Below the pieces are notes generated by a model. The model was not told the DNA's origin. It saw only the letters and a list, made by a program, of their open reading frames with translations, and did not search any database. The translations under genes and the position numbers were made by a program. Source: Candidatus Dojkabacteria bacterium (GTDB lineage Bacteria > Patescibacteriota > Dojkabacteria > B142 > OLB20). From it: a DNA stretch of 64,000 nt. Positions 1 to 9,836 of the stretch are shown piece after piece. The first letter of the stretch is position 1; each line of letters begins with the position of its first letter. The DNA lies in NCBI GenBank assembly GCA_030583785.1, contig CP129475.1, positions 543,559-607,558 on the forward strand, read 5' to 3'.

Positions 1-40
1 AGTAAATGATACACTATGCCAGTTGAACTATCAAAAGACC

Positions 41-496
41 TCAATCGCTATGAGTTCTTTGTTTAAGGAGCCTATCTAGAAGGACTGCTATCCATGTCGA
101 AGCCTCTGCAGGATTACCTTTACCCTTCATCTGCATTATTTTTTCGGGACTGGATAAATGTCGAGGAATTGTATAGCCAAAAATTCTTGGCCCTGACGGT
201 TGCTGGGGCTTAGGCTTTGCTTCGACCTTTGCCGGCTGCTGAGGACTTTGAACCACAGGTGGCTGTTGCACTTCTTTTTGTTCTCCTGTTCGTTCAGTTG
301 CTGCTTCAATCTGATTAAGCAACTCATCACCATATTCAGGTGATCCTTCTGCAGCTGCCGGTGCTGATTCAAAAGATGCAGGGACCTCTGGACTTCCTCT
401 ATACGGGGCGGACTGTGCAGCAACTAACGGCTGACCTGTTCCAGTTTGCTGGTCATTATAAGGACTATATTGTTGATCGTTTGCGTTCGAAGACAA
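41..496 (-). CDS. hypothetical Pro/Gln/Ala-rich low-complexity protein
   Basis: 151-aa ORF with low-complexity P/Q/A/E-rich sequence. Its ATG abuts the smpB stop (497), suggesting co-transcription. No recognisable domain. Confidence 0.4.
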   Translation of the reverse strand: MSSNANDQQYSPYNDQQTGTGQPLVAAQSAPYRGSPEVPASFESAPAAAEGSPEYGDELLNQIEAATERTGEQKEVQQPPVVQSPQQPAKVEAKPKPQQPSGPRIFGYTIPRHLSSPEKIMQMKGKGNPAEASTWIAVLLDRLLKQRTHSD

Positions 497-952
497 TTAT
501 TTCAAGTTGTAATATTTAATATCTCTAGCAATACTTCTTTTTTGCTCTGTCTCTTTTATCTTGGCTCTCTTGTCATGGAGTTTTTTTCCCCTTGCTAGAG
601 CCAGGCTTAATTTTACATTATTCCTTTGTAAATGCATATCCAAAGGGACAATTGTGCTTCCTCTCTCTTTTACTCCTCTGGCAAGTTGTTTTAATTCTGA
701 AGCATTTAACAATAATTTTCGATCCCTTGTCTCTGATTTTAGTTGTGCATCAGACATTCCTGGCCACTTAGCAATATGTGCACCTGTCAAAAAAGCCTCG
801 CCTTTTCTCATGGTGATAAAGCTTTCTTTAAGGCTGATTCTTCCTGTTTTTACAGATTTAACCTCCCAGCCTTCTAAGACAATACCCGCAGTATATGTTG
901 CTACTGGCTCAAAATTGAAGAGTGCCTTTTTATTTTTAGCTAAGATCTTCAT
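497..952 (-). CDS. smpB: SsrA-binding protein SmpB (tmRNA trans-translation)
   Basis: Motifs typical of SmpB: KNKKALFNFE..VATYTAGIVL.GWEVKS..G..SL, then a basic C-terminal tail KKLHDKRAKIKETEQKR. I moved the start to the internal Met (MKILAKNKK) at 952, which also removes overlap with the upstream gene ending at 954. The ORF track gives 497..1039. Confidence 0.85.
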   Translation of the reverse strand: MKILAKNKKALFNFEPVATYTAGIVLEGWEVKSVKTGRISLKESFITMRKGEAFLTGAHIAKWPGMSDAQLKSETRDRKLLLNASELKQLARGVKERGSTIVPLDMHLQRNNVKLSLALARGKKLHDKRAKIKETEQKRSIARDIKYYNLK

Positions 953-953
953 T

Positions 954-3296
954 CTAAAACTTTTCAAGCTGAGCAAGTGAGAGTTCGTAGACCTTTGTTC
1001 CGTCAAGAACATATAGCTTTCCGTTTTGTCTGTTTGCAATTATTTCTTTGATATTGGTAAAGACCGAATTGCTTTCTCCTCTGTAGACATATTGAGCTCG
1101 CAAATTAATTTGGTTTACATCCTTTGGAAATATGAGGATTCTCTTTTTTGACGGATCGGCAATATATACATTAACTTCATCGACAAATAAGGCTGTAGCA
1201 GAAAATAGATTCTCGCCTGAATTCAATCCTGTCAAAACCGGAGTGTCGTCGACATTATTAAGCGCTCTGTATAATCCCTGTTTAATATTAGCCAATAAGT
1301 AAATTTTTAAGTCAGAAATAGCAATATCTGTTCCGCTCGCGAGTTCGTCGAATGAGAATCGTCTTTCTGGAATTCCGTATGACTCCCCTGATCTTTGCAA
1401 CATTATTACTGATTTTATGCTCTGATCAACTCCATATATTCTTCCACCAAAGATATCTGCGAATTCAATTTGTGCAACATTGCCTAGCCTAAAAGCACTT
1501 GTGCCGGCATGACGGGTTATCGTTCCGTCTTCTCGGTTAACTGTGGCAAGCCTTCTGTCTCCATCTTCGTCTAAGAGAACGATGTTGCCATTATTGTCTG
1601 CAGTAATGCTTCTTGGTCGTGTTAGTCCTGATGCGAATTCTTTAAGATCAGCTCCGCTGAGAGATGATCGGTAGATTTTTCCATATTCGGAGTCCGAAAT
1701 AAACAACTCGTTTTTACTGATAACTATGTCGCTTGGATTAGCTCCTGGGAACAACCCTGCAATATCTACAACCACATTCGGATCAACAACTGCTACTGTC
1801 TTATTCAAAAGATCGCGGATGCCTTCGAGCTTCTTCAGATTTTCTTCAACTTGTTCAGCAAATTTTTCTACTTCTTTAGCCTTGTTTAGTTCAGATTCAG
1901 CTGTTGAAAGTTTTTCTAGAGAAGCCTGCTTTCTTTCTTCCCCGCTAGTTGCCCTAGATATAATTTCTGCAACCTTATCGACCTCTTCAATTAGTTCAAC
2001 TGCCTTGTTAAGATGCATTTCAGCCTCGTTTTCTCTGGCAATGGTAGCATTTCGCTCTTGGATACTAGTTACACTAAAGTACAAGAGCATGACCAATGCA
2101 AAAACGGCTATTAATATAACCCTCCAGTTTCTGCCCGGCCCTTTGCCTTTTAAGTAAAGCTGATCTTTCTTTACACCAAGAATATCTTCTAATAATAATT
2201 TTTTAATCGACAGAAATGCTTTCTTTAATATTAGGAAAATTTTATCAAAGACTACTTTATATGTCGGTTGATCATAATTTACATCGGTTGTCTGAGCCTT
2301 GGCCCTAACTTCTGCAGGGGTAACTGCCAATGGTGCTTTGCCTCTGACTCTTCTTCGGGATTTAGCTAAAGCAGAAGATAATTTTAGTTTTAGTTCAGAA
2401 ACCTTTGCCTTTAAAGATCCTATTGGAGAAACACTTTTATTATCTTGTTCATTTTCGCGTTCGTCTAGGTTTTCGCGTTCCGATTCTGTTTCTGATTCCA
2501 TTTCTGATTCCGTCTCGGATTCAATATCTGCTTCGGGTTCGACTTCTGCATTCTCTTGTTCAACAAGATCTGCCAATGTAAGGTCTTCATCTTCTAGTTC
2601 ATTTTTTCCAGAACTCACAACAAGCTCTCTTTCTGCTCTAGCACTTTGACGATCTACTTCGTAACCAACCATTATTGCTGAGACAAGGGCGTTATTATCA
2701 AAAACTCTTTTCTTAAATAGATCATCTGAGAAATTAACGCATACCTCAACAATGTCGTCTCTAGTTAACTCTTTAACGACAATAGGTGAACTTAGAATAA
2801 TTATGTCGTTTCTTTTAAGTAGCATACTGCCAATTTTTATTTGTGCTCTTCCGGTAGGGTCCTTAAGAGCCGGAGCAATATCGGTAAGTATTCCATCTCT
2901 ATAGATATGAGCATGGCATTGGCCCATACTTACAAAACTGGCTACTCTTTTGTGCACGACTAATGCAAGCAAATCAATATCTATGCCTGTTTCGGCTGCT
3001 TGATCGTTCTCTAGAATCTTTTGCAAGTAAGCCTGAGTGGATATAATTGCCTTTTCTAAGGCAAGCAAAGGTTTATCTGTAGGATTCTCGAAATAAGTTT
3101 CGTGCAAATGGTCTAGAAGTAGATTTCCTGCGGTACTAACATTGAATGTTTCAGGACCTGTCATAGAAATTGCCGCAAAGATTTCTCCGCGTTTGCGCAT
3201 GAATTCTTCGTTCATAGGTTTGTAGGCATAAACGCTGGCCCACTTCCCCTTTGCCGGTGTTCCTATATAGTATTTTTTTTGAATATTGCTTTTCAT
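954..3296 (-). CDS. multidomain membrane protein: N-terminal PP2C/PPM-like (probably degenerate) domain, acidic repeat linker, single TM, coiled coil, C-terminal NHL-type beta-propeller
   Basis: N-terminal ~200 aa resemble the PPM phosphatase core (LALVVHKRVASFVSMGQCHAHIYRDGIL, compare TALLLxxxLxVAxVGDSRAYLLRDGEL), but the GDS metal-binding Asp is replaced (GQC). A Glu/Ser/Thr acidic repeat follows (ESETESEMESETESE). One hydrophobic helix is present (RVILIAVFALVMLLYFSVTSI). A heptad-like coiled coil follows. The C-terminus carries repeated NGNIVLLD / GKLYVLDG units typical of NHL repeats. Confidence 0.5.
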   Translation of the reverse strand: MKSNIQKKYYIGTPAKGKWASVYAYKPMNEEFMRKRGEIFAAISMTGPETFNVSTAGNLLLDHLHETYFENPTDKPLLALEKAIISTQAYLQKILENDQAAETGIDIDLLALVVHKRVASFVSMGQCHAHIYRDGILTDIAPALKDPTGRAQIKIGSMLLKRNDIIILSSPIVVKELTRDDIVEVCVNFSDDLFKKRVFDNNALVSAIMVGYEVDRQSARAERELVVSSGKNELEDEDLTLADLVEQENAEVEPEADIESETESEMESETESERENLDERENEQDNKSVSPIGSLKAKVSELKLKLSSALAKSRRRVRGKAPLAVTPAEVRAKAQTTDVNYDQPTYKVVFDKIFLILKKAFLSIKKLLLEDILGVKKDQLYLKGKGPGRNWRVILIAVFALVMLLYFSVTSIQERNATIARENEAEMHLNKAVELIEEVDKVAEIISRATSGEERKQASLEKLSTAESELNKAKEVEKFAEQVEENLKKLEGIRDLLNKTVAVVDPNVVVDIAGLFPGANPSDIVISKNELFISDSEYGKIYRSSLSGADLKEFASGLTRPRSITADNNGNIVLLDEDGDRRLATVNREDGTITRHAGTSAFRLGNVAQIEFADIFGGRIYGVDQSIKSVIMLQRSGESYGIPERRFSFDELASGTDIAISDLKIYLLANIKQGLYRALNNVDDTPVLTGLNSGENLFSATALFVDEVNVYIADPSKKRILIFPKDVNQINLRAQYVYRGESNSVFTNIKEIIANRQNGKLYVLDGTKVYELSLAQLEKF
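2470..2560. repeat. imperfect short tandem repeat (gattc/ttctg units) encoding acidic SETE repeat inside CDS 954..3296
   Basis: Visible reiteration of ttccgattctgtttctgattccatttctgattccgtctcggattc in the sequence. It translates on the minus strand to ESETESEMESETESE. Confidence 0.5.
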
Positions 3297-3529
3297 CTTG
3301 CGGGATTAACAACTACTGCAAGAATTAGTATCAGAAATAAAAGTATAACATGCAACGCTGCATATATCATGATTGGAACTCGCAACTTTGTTTTAACTAA
3401 TCTACCCACAACTAGTGTTTGTTTAGAGATTACGAGCATAGTTAATAAGTGAAGAAGCGTATATACTATCGCTCCGATCTTGAGGATTGCTAGTATTATT
3501 GTGTATTCTGCCGAGGCAAGATCGTTCAT
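3293..3529 (-). CDS. small two-helix membrane protein (hypothetical)
   Basis: 78-aa ORF with two strongly hydrophobic segments. It sits in 4-nt-overlap operon arrangement with its neighbours. Confidence 0.35.
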   Translation of the reverse strand: MNDLASAEYTIILAILKIGAIVYTLLHLLTMLVISKQTLVVGRLVKTKLRVPIMIYAALHVILLFLILILAVVVNPAR

Positions 3530-4185
3530 GGTTCTTCCCTTCTTCCGCCACCACGGCGATTCATAAATTTACTTAGGTCTGTTAATACATTTCTAAACCA
3601 AGTTGGGTCAGGAACAGATTCAAAAAGAAATTTTCCGCGATCAGAAGCAGTTGTAACAATAATGTCACCATAGTCAAATAAAGCAGGAAGGATTCCGACA
3701 ACATTTTGTCTTATGTCTTCAATATTTTTTAACGAAGCCTCTGAAACAAATTTACCGGTAAGGATTCTAAATTCGATATGAATAAATCTTTGGCTGGTAA
3801 TTAAATAAATGTCGAAATACCAATCTAAAAGTTTAGCGAACGCGTAACTAATGACAGTTGAGTAATAAATAAGTGCCAACAAAACCCAAGAGCCAACTGA
3901 CACAAAATCCCAAAGATTAAAACCTCTGGGTAGAAATTCGGGAAACGAAGCGATAGCCCATTCAATTGCTGCAATAACGATTATTGGCGTGATTAGGAAT
4001 GCTAAAACTCTTAACATCCATCCAAGATTAGTAATTACATGTCTACGCACAAGAATATAAACAGATTCTCCCCTGTCTTGTGTGGCAAATTCAACACCTT
4101 TCGGATATACATCGAGAGTACCAAGCAAACTCTTGCGAGGCTTGGGAAGGATTTCACGAATAGATTGAGGTTCTGGACCTGCCAT
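3526..4185 (-). CDS. membrane protein with bacterial PH-like (bPH_2/YdbS-like) domain
   Basis: Two TM helices (LAFLITPIIVIAAIEWAI ; VLLALIYYSTVISYAFAKLL) are followed by a beta-rich region (YLITSQRFIHIEFRILTG...GDIIVTTAS...FLFESVPDP). The arrangement resembles membrane-flanked bPH_2 domains. Assignment is by pattern only. Confidence 0.4.
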   Translation of the reverse strand: MAGPEPQSIREILPKPRKSLLGTLDVYPKGVEFATQDRGESVYILVRRHVITNLGWMLRVLAFLITPIIVIAAIEWAIASFPEFLPRGFNLWDFVSVGSWVLLALIYYSTVISYAFAKLLDWYFDIYLITSQRFIHIEFRILTGKFVSEASLKNIEDIRQNVVGILPALFDYGDIIVTTASDRGKFLFESVPDPTWFRNVLTDLSKFMNRRGGGRREEP

Positions 4186-4222
4186 AATTCATTTTAACAG
4201 GAGCAATGGCAGAATAAAATGC

Positions 4223-5962
4223 CTAACCTGTTTTCAAAAACCAGGTTAAACTATATATGTAATCGGTGGTGCCTTTTGGCTTAACATTGGCTACCCAGCT
4301 ATTCCAAACAGCTTTATACAGCCAGCCTGACATAACTTTGGTGCCATTTGATCCGGTTAATCTGACCTGTTTGACACGGTTAGAGCCATCTCTGACAAAG
4401 GCAATGCTCTGCAGTTCTCCGACTCCATTTTTAACCCCTTTTAAGAAGTTATTTGAGCCTCCGGTAGTATAGTTGTTAGCCGCCCAAGTCAAAAATCCAT
4501 TTAGATCCGACAAGCTGTAGCTGTTTGTTTTCCATTTCCAGTTTGTATATGAAAACTTGGCTGCTATGTGGTTGTCATTTACATGTCTTAAGTATGAATA
4601 AGGAGTACCTACACCTTCAAAGTTAGACCAAACAGTATCGTTATTTGCGGTTCCATAACCTTGACTATTGTCAGAAGAATAAAGTGCCCTAATTATTTGA
4701 TTCGTATGTGTGCTTCCACTTGAAATGATCACTTTGTTAAGGGTTTCATCGGCTGCCCACCTTTTGGCATTCCCACCTTTGTATACCTGACAAGATGCAG
4801 TTGTGCAGATTGTTCCGCTGTAACTTGCGGCATAAGACCTGGCAGCAATAACCTGAGCCTTAATAGCCTCTTCAGGCCAACAATCCCAAACAGTGTTTGG
4901 ATTATCAATTACATACTTTTGTGGATTTTGCGTTACTTGCTCTTGATTACCACAGGCTTTGTCTGGAACTTCTCCAAGACCTGCGACATAGTCGTTAAGA
5001 TCCATGACACCATAACCTTGCACAGATATTGTTCCAGATCGCTCTTCAACTCTGGTTTGGGTGTAATAAAAATTTAATATCTGCTCTGCGGTCCAGCCTT
5101 TTTGTGCTGCACCATAAGCACCAAATTGAGACAAACCGACTCCGTGACCTTGATACAAATCTCTGCCGGTACCTTCAAAAAACAGTTCTCCGCTAATGAT
5201 GACGACATCATCGACCGGTCCACCACCGACTAGTTTATTTTCTTCGGCTAGAATTGCTTTTTGTTCTTCGGTTAATTGTTCGATTCTTTGTTGAACCTGA
5301 CCCATATGTCCGCGAATTGATCCGGCATTAGAAGATGACGAGGCAATGGTGTTGTTTAAACTGGCAATCTTTTGTTCTAAGGACTTCTTTTTTTCGGCCA
5401 GCGCAGTTTTATCTTTCTCTAATTCACCGATCTGAACAGCGTAAGTTTCGCTTGTTTGTTCAAGATCGTTTAGCTCGGCCGAAATCCCAAGTATCTGTCG
5501 CCTTGATTCTTCGGCAATATATTCTTGATAAACAGCCGTTTTTAAAAAATCATCAGATCCGATAATTTGGGTGGTTGTTGAATTTGTTTTCCAGATAATA
5601 TACGACTGAGTAATTTCTTGATCTTGCACTTTTTGCATCTCCTCTTTTTGTAAACTTTTAAGGGAAATTGTCTGTTCAAGGTTCTGGCTCTCGAGTTCGT
5701 TTATCTCTAGCTGAGTTTCAACATCAGTAAGTTCAGCTTTTACTCGTTCAATTTCTGAAAGTGTAGAACTTTTGTTTGCCTCGCTAGCTTTGAGAGTGTC
5801 TTGCGCTTTTTTTAGCTTGGCAGCTAGTTCTTCGAGTTCTTTTTGTTTAGCGATTATTTCTTGGTTGATCTCGTCGGATGTTTTTGCATAAACGGCTATA
5901 GGAGAATAGACTCCTGCCAGCAGAACGAATATTAAACTGAAGATCACAAATTTGCTTTTCAT
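4223..5962 (-). CDS. secreted coiled-coil protein with C-terminal SpoIID/LytB-type domain (peptidoglycan remodelling)
   Basis: Signal peptide (MKSKFVIFSLIFVLLAGVYSPIAVYA). A long heptad coiled coil follows, like EnvC/NlpD activators. The segment EEAIKAQVIAARSYA...CTTASCQVYKG matches the conserved SpoIID/LytB core (xAxKAQAVAARTYA...CQVY). Confidence 0.65.
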   Translation of the reverse strand: MKSKFVIFSLIFVLLAGVYSPIAVYAKTSDEINQEIIAKQKELEELAAKLKKAQDTLKASEANKSSTLSEIERVKAELTDVETQLEINELESQNLEQTISLKSLQKEEMQKVQDQEITQSYIIWKTNSTTTQIIGSDDFLKTAVYQEYIAEESRRQILGISAELNDLEQTSETYAVQIGELEKDKTALAEKKKSLEQKIASLNNTIASSSSNAGSIRGHMGQVQQRIEQLTEEQKAILAEENKLVGGGPVDDVVIISGELFFEGTGRDLYQGHGVGLSQFGAYGAAQKGWTAEQILNFYYTQTRVEERSGTISVQGYGVMDLNDYVAGLGEVPDKACGNQEQVTQNPQKYVIDNPNTVWDCWPEEAIKAQVIAARSYAASYSGTICTTASCQVYKGGNAKRWAADETLNKVIISSGSTHTNQIIRALYSSDNSQGYGTANNDTVWSNFEGVGTPYSYLRHVNDNHIAAKFSYTNWKWKTNSYSLSDLNGFLTWAANNYTTGGSNNFLKGVKNGVGELQSIAFVRDGSNRVKQVRLTGSNGTKVMSGWLYKAVWNSWVANVKPKGTTDYIYSLTWFLKTG

Positions 5963-6024
5963 CTAATAGATGTAGCGTTTATCTACATCTATTGTTACAC
6001 ATAATCGCAAGTATATACAACGAA

Positions 6025-8133
6025 CTAAACATGCAAGATGTTGTCGCCCCATTCTTCGTACTCAAGATAATGCGAAAAAAACAATATTTGATGATTTTGC
6101 ATGAGCTCTTTTAAAATAACACCCGCCTGCTCTCTGCGTTTGGCGTCAAAGGTGACAAATGGGTCGTCAAGGATTATTGGTAGAGAATCTGCAGGATGGA
6201 GCGTTTTAATTAACGCTAACCTTGTGACGAAATATATCTGATCAACTGTTCCGGCTGACAATGCAGATGTAGGGTCGAGCCAATCATTTTTTTCGCTACT
6301 GAATACCTCGAGAGAAAAGTTTTCTAAGAGCCTAGCGTCTTTGTATCTACCTGCTGTGATAACAGGAAGATACTTTTCAATATATTCTGATACTTTGCTT
6401 TGCACAGATTTTGCAGTGTGGGAAATTGCCTCTTTAAGTTTTTGCAGGGCCAGATTATAAACTTGTTCTTGACGCAGATAATAATCTAACCTTGATTTTG
6501 CAGTTCCAAGTTTTTCTTCAAGTACGGCTATCATTTCTGAATCAACCTGCGCGTCTTGGCTTCGAATCTTTGAGGCTGTGCTTTCTTCTTTAAGTTTGCC
6601 TTGTTCAAGAAGAAGCAGATCTAACTCTCTTCGTTTAGCCAAGAATGCTTGCGAATCTAATTTAGCTGCCCTGACTTTTTCGTCTAAGACATTGTGTTCG
6701 ATGGATTTTATCTCGGTTAGGATTTCTATCTGTTCTTTATTAATGTCATCGATTTTTTTGTTTCCAAGCAGGCCACTAATGCGATTTTCTAACTCCTTTT
6801 TTTGCTCATGCAACGCTTTGTAATCTGCTTTGCGAGTGTAGAAATCTTGCTCACTGTCTACGGAAAATTTTGAAAGTAGATTTTGCAGATGAAGTTGCGA
6901 CTTTTCGAGCATTTCGTTTTTATGAGCGATCTGGTTTTCAATTCTGATTCTTGCGGATTCGTCTGTTTGTTGATCAGGTTCTTTTGTTTTTAGTGCAAAG
7001 AATAAAACCAGCGCTAAAGCAAGCCCGACCAGTAAAAGAACTGGCGAATTTAGACTTAACGCCAGAGCCAACGAAACAAAAATAATAACTGCAGACGAAA
7101 GTATTTGTTTGCTATTTATTGATGCTTGCTTTTTAACCTGTTGCGGTTTTGGAATTAGTGGCATTTCTTGAAGTTCGATTTCTGTGTTTTTTATATATGT
7201 TGCAACCTCGGTAATCTCGCGGGCAACGGCATCTAGATCTGAAACTTTTACAAATGCTGAAAACTGCTGAAGCTGAATATCGAACTGCTTAATTTTAATG
7301 TTTGATTCTTCGACAGTTTTAAGCTGAGATTCAGTTTCGTTAAGTCTTTCTTTAAGTTCTGCAATTTTTGCTTCTGCCTCTTCTCTTTTTTTATGATTTT
7401 CTATTAGCTCTCTTAAGGCAGTGATTTTGTTTTCGACATCTTCAAGCTTTCCAGTGCTTTCTTTTCCGCTTTTTTTAGCTTCGAGCAGTAAAGCAAATTC
7501 TGATTTCTTTTCTTGTAACTGAGCTTCTAATGATGCGACCAGTTCTTCTGTCTGTTTAATTTCTCCGGGATTCTTTGCCAAGCGATCTAAACCTTTTCTA
7601 AGATCTTTTATTCTATTCTCTAGTTCAGCAATTACCGCCTGAGCACCACCTTCGTTTGATGAACTGACAGCATTTTGAAGTGCTGCAGAAAATTCTTTGT
7701 AGCTTTTAAAATTCAGTAAATCCTTATGACGAATAAACGAGGTTGATAAGTATATATCTTGAGCAGGAATGCCAAGAAGCCTTTGAAGTTCGTTACTGAC
7801 CTGTAGAAAACCTTCTATAGATGTGTTTTTATCAAGATTAATAAGAACAACACTTCCTTGGGCAAAGTCCTTTTCGAGCCTGTACAACTTGCTTTCGGTT
7901 TCAAATTCTAGAGCAAGAAACGCTTTATTCTGACCCTGCCAAGACTGAATTCTTTGCGCTGTATTCTTGGACTTGGTTGCAGGATCGGTAAAGAGAGCAT
8001 CTAGAATCGCGTCGGCAATTGTAGATTTTCCTTGTTCGTTTTGCCCGGTAATAACATTTAAGCCTGATGAAAAATTAAATGTTTTATCTGCGAACCGCTT
8101 ATAGTTTTTTAGGTATAGGCTTTTAATGATCAT
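6025..8133 (-). CDS. SbcC/Rad50-family SMC-like ATPase with internal hydrophobic hairpin (YhaN/SbcE-like)
   Basis: N-terminal AAA_23 with Walker A GQNEQGKST. C-terminal signature and Walker B region (IILDDPFVTFD). A short coiled coil is present. No CxxC zinc hook. In its place are two adjacent hydrophobic helices (VIIFVSLALALSLNSPVLLLVGLALALVLFFAL). Start moved to the Met of MIIKSLYLKNY (8133); the ORF track gives 8184. Confidence 0.65.
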   Translation of the reverse strand: MIIKSLYLKNYKRFADKTFNFSSGLNVITGQNEQGKSTIADAILDALFTDPATKSKNTAQRIQSWQGQNKAFLALEFETESKLYRLEKDFAQGSVVLINLDKNTSIEGFLQVSNELQRLLGIPAQDIYLSTSFIRHKDLLNFKSYKEFSAALQNAVSSSNEGGAQAVIAELENRIKDLRKGLDRLAKNPGEIKQTEELVASLEAQLQEKKSEFALLLEAKKSGKESTGKLEDVENKITALRELIENHKKREEAEAKIAELKERLNETESQLKTVEESNIKIKQFDIQLQQFSAFVKVSDLDAVAREITEVATYIKNTEIELQEMPLIPKPQQVKKQASINSKQILSSAVIIFVSLALALSLNSPVLLLVGLALALVLFFALKTKEPDQQTDESARIRIENQIAHKNEMLEKSQLHLQNLLSKFSVDSEQDFYTRKADYKALHEQKKELENRISGLLGNKKIDDINKEQIEILTEIKSIEHNVLDEKVRAAKLDSQAFLAKRRELDLLLLEQGKLKEESTASKIRSQDAQVDSEMIAVLEEKLGTAKSRLDYYLRQEQVYNLALQKLKEAISHTAKSVQSKVSEYIEKYLPVITAGRYKDARLLENFSLEVFSSEKNDWLDPTSALSAGTVDQIYFVTRLALIKTLHPADSLPIILDDPFVTFDAKRREQAGVILKELMQNHQILFFSHYLEYEEWGDNILHV

Positions 8134-9238
8134 CGGTAATTGGTCTAAGCATAGATACACCAAGTCTGAGCGCATCGTCGGCAAGGTCTGGATCGGAACT
8201 AGTTTGTTTGTACTCTTGAACTAGACGAATGTATCTGCCAATAATAGTATCGGCCGGAAACGAAGCCAACTCGGAATCGCTGAGCTGAAATTCTGTTTTA
8301 TCAGATATTTTTGCGTAGAAACAAATGTCTGCAAGCAGGGTTTTTATAGCATCGATATCGGGTGCATTATCTAAGCCGACATTGCCTTCGAGAGTAAGAT
8401 CTAAGAAGTCATGCTTATTAACTTTTGTATTAATATGAGTTATAAGTTCGGCTGTGTTTAACTCTGAATTGATTGAGTACTTTTCTGTATGGACTGACCT
8501 GTGACCAATTCTGATTGGTTCTACCGAAACAGTTTCGCCAAGTTCGACCTTAAGAATGCTACCTGCACCTGTTTGATCTGCTTGCAAAACCTCTGGCGAG
8601 CCACAGTACCAAGCCTTGGTTTTGACAGTACCGACATTTAGGCTACTATGCCAATCGCCTAAAGCCACATATGCTAAGCCTGAATCTTCGATGTTTTGCT
8701 TGTAGATTGGTGAGTTTTCTGGCTTTGCCATTAGATCTACGGAACCGTGAAATACTCCAATAGCAGGTAGAGATTTATCTACGCTTAGTTCTGCAAGCGG
8801 AGAAACTTTTGTAACTCTGTCTTTGGTTGCTGTTCCATAAACATTAATGCCTAGCTCTGGAAAAGTTTTTAATGTCGGTTTGTGCTCGCGAAAAATATGG
8901 AGCCCCTGCTCTTCGAGTTTTGCAAAAGCATCTGAAGCAAATATTGAACCCGTTTCGAGACGATCGTGATTACCCGGAATAAGTGCAATTTTTACACCTG
9001 CGCCAAGCAACTGTGAAAAAACTACCTGAACTTGTGTGACATCGGCACTAGATGGATAGGGAGAATCGAAGAGATCGCCGGCAAGAACCAGTAGATCGGC
9101 TTTTTGGGCTTGTGCAACTTCTGGAATTTTGGCAAAAGTTCTGCGAAGAAGATCTCGTTGCTCGCCAGCCTTACCTGCAAGAAAGCCGAACTTGGAACCT
9201 AAATGAATATCGCTTGTATGTAGTATTGTGATTGCCAT
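8123..9238 (-). CDS. sbcD: SbcD/Mre11-family calcineurin-like phosphoesterase nuclease
   Basis: Metallophosphoesterase motifs HTSDIHLG, GDLFD, GNHD, GDWH. It lies upstream of, and overlaps, the SbcC-like gene, the classic sbcDC arrangement. Confidence 0.8.
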   Translation of the reverse strand: MAITILHTSDIHLGSKFGFLAGKAGEQRDLLRRTFAKIPEVAQAQKADLLVLAGDLFDSPYPSSADVTQVQVVFSQLLGAGVKIALIPGNHDRLETGSIFASDAFAKLEEQGLHIFREHKPTLKTFPELGINVYGTATKDRVTKVSPLAELSVDKSLPAIGVFHGSVDLMAKPENSPIYKQNIEDSGLAYVALGDWHSSLNVGTVKTKAWYCGSPEVLQADQTGAGSILKVELGETVSVEPIRIGHRSVHTEKYSINSELNTAELITHINTKVNKHDFLDLTLEGNVGLDNAPDIDAIKTLLADICFYAKISDKTEFQLSDSELASFPADTIIGRYIRLVQEYKQTSSDPDLADDALRLGVSMLRPITDDH

Positions 9239-9836
9239 AAAACAAGTTTACTTGAATACAATGTTAAATAAAAGTGTAGCTAGGTAAACGCACTTTCACC
9301 ATGCTATAATCTATTATAAATTTATTAAGTCTATCTTAATAACAGAATGAATCCAGAAACGACTCCCACAATAAAGGATAATGATAGATTTATCTTGATA
9401 TCAACTCTAAGATTAATTGGCATAACTTATGCAGGTAGCCTTGTTGCGATAACCATTTTCCCTCCAATAATTACTGGAATCAGATTTGTTGCAGCAATTG
9501 CAGAGCTTCAACAAGGAAACCCACTTGCCGCTGCTGAATTTCCCAACTTAATTGGTGGCTACCAGCCATAATAGTTATAGGCTTATAATCAACTAAGACA
9601 CCTACACTCTTAGGCTAATTTCAAGCACGAATTATAAAGCGCGCATAATTTTCGCAACAAACAGTCAACACCTTCGTAGTTATTTATTAAGAACATACGA
9701 TAGTTATCCACACAAATGCCTAATTACGATATTATTAAATATTTCTTAATAGATGATATATATACTTAAGATATATTTACTATAGGTTTACTTTTTATGC
9801 GATTCGTTATATAATTGCAGTGTAGATATAACAGCT

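Noticed and set aside
136-423. Numerous 60-150-aa ORFs on the opposite strand of large genes (for example 136..423, 561..980, 1726..2157, 2299..2649, 6578..6823, 10385..10927, 12627..13305, 23982..24362, 41670..42128, 42363..42740, 44013..44363, 51429..51809, 58221..58547)
   Set aside because: They lie entirely within well-supported longer CDSs on the other strand. They have low-complexity or Ser/Leu/Thr-rich compositions typical of shadow ORFs in AT-rich DNA, and carry no motifs.
9347-9571. 74-aa plus-strand ORF in the long AT-rich intergenic region
   Set aside because: No upstream RBS-like signal or recognisable domain. The composition is the same as surrounding non-coding DNA. Kept only as a possibility, not annotated.
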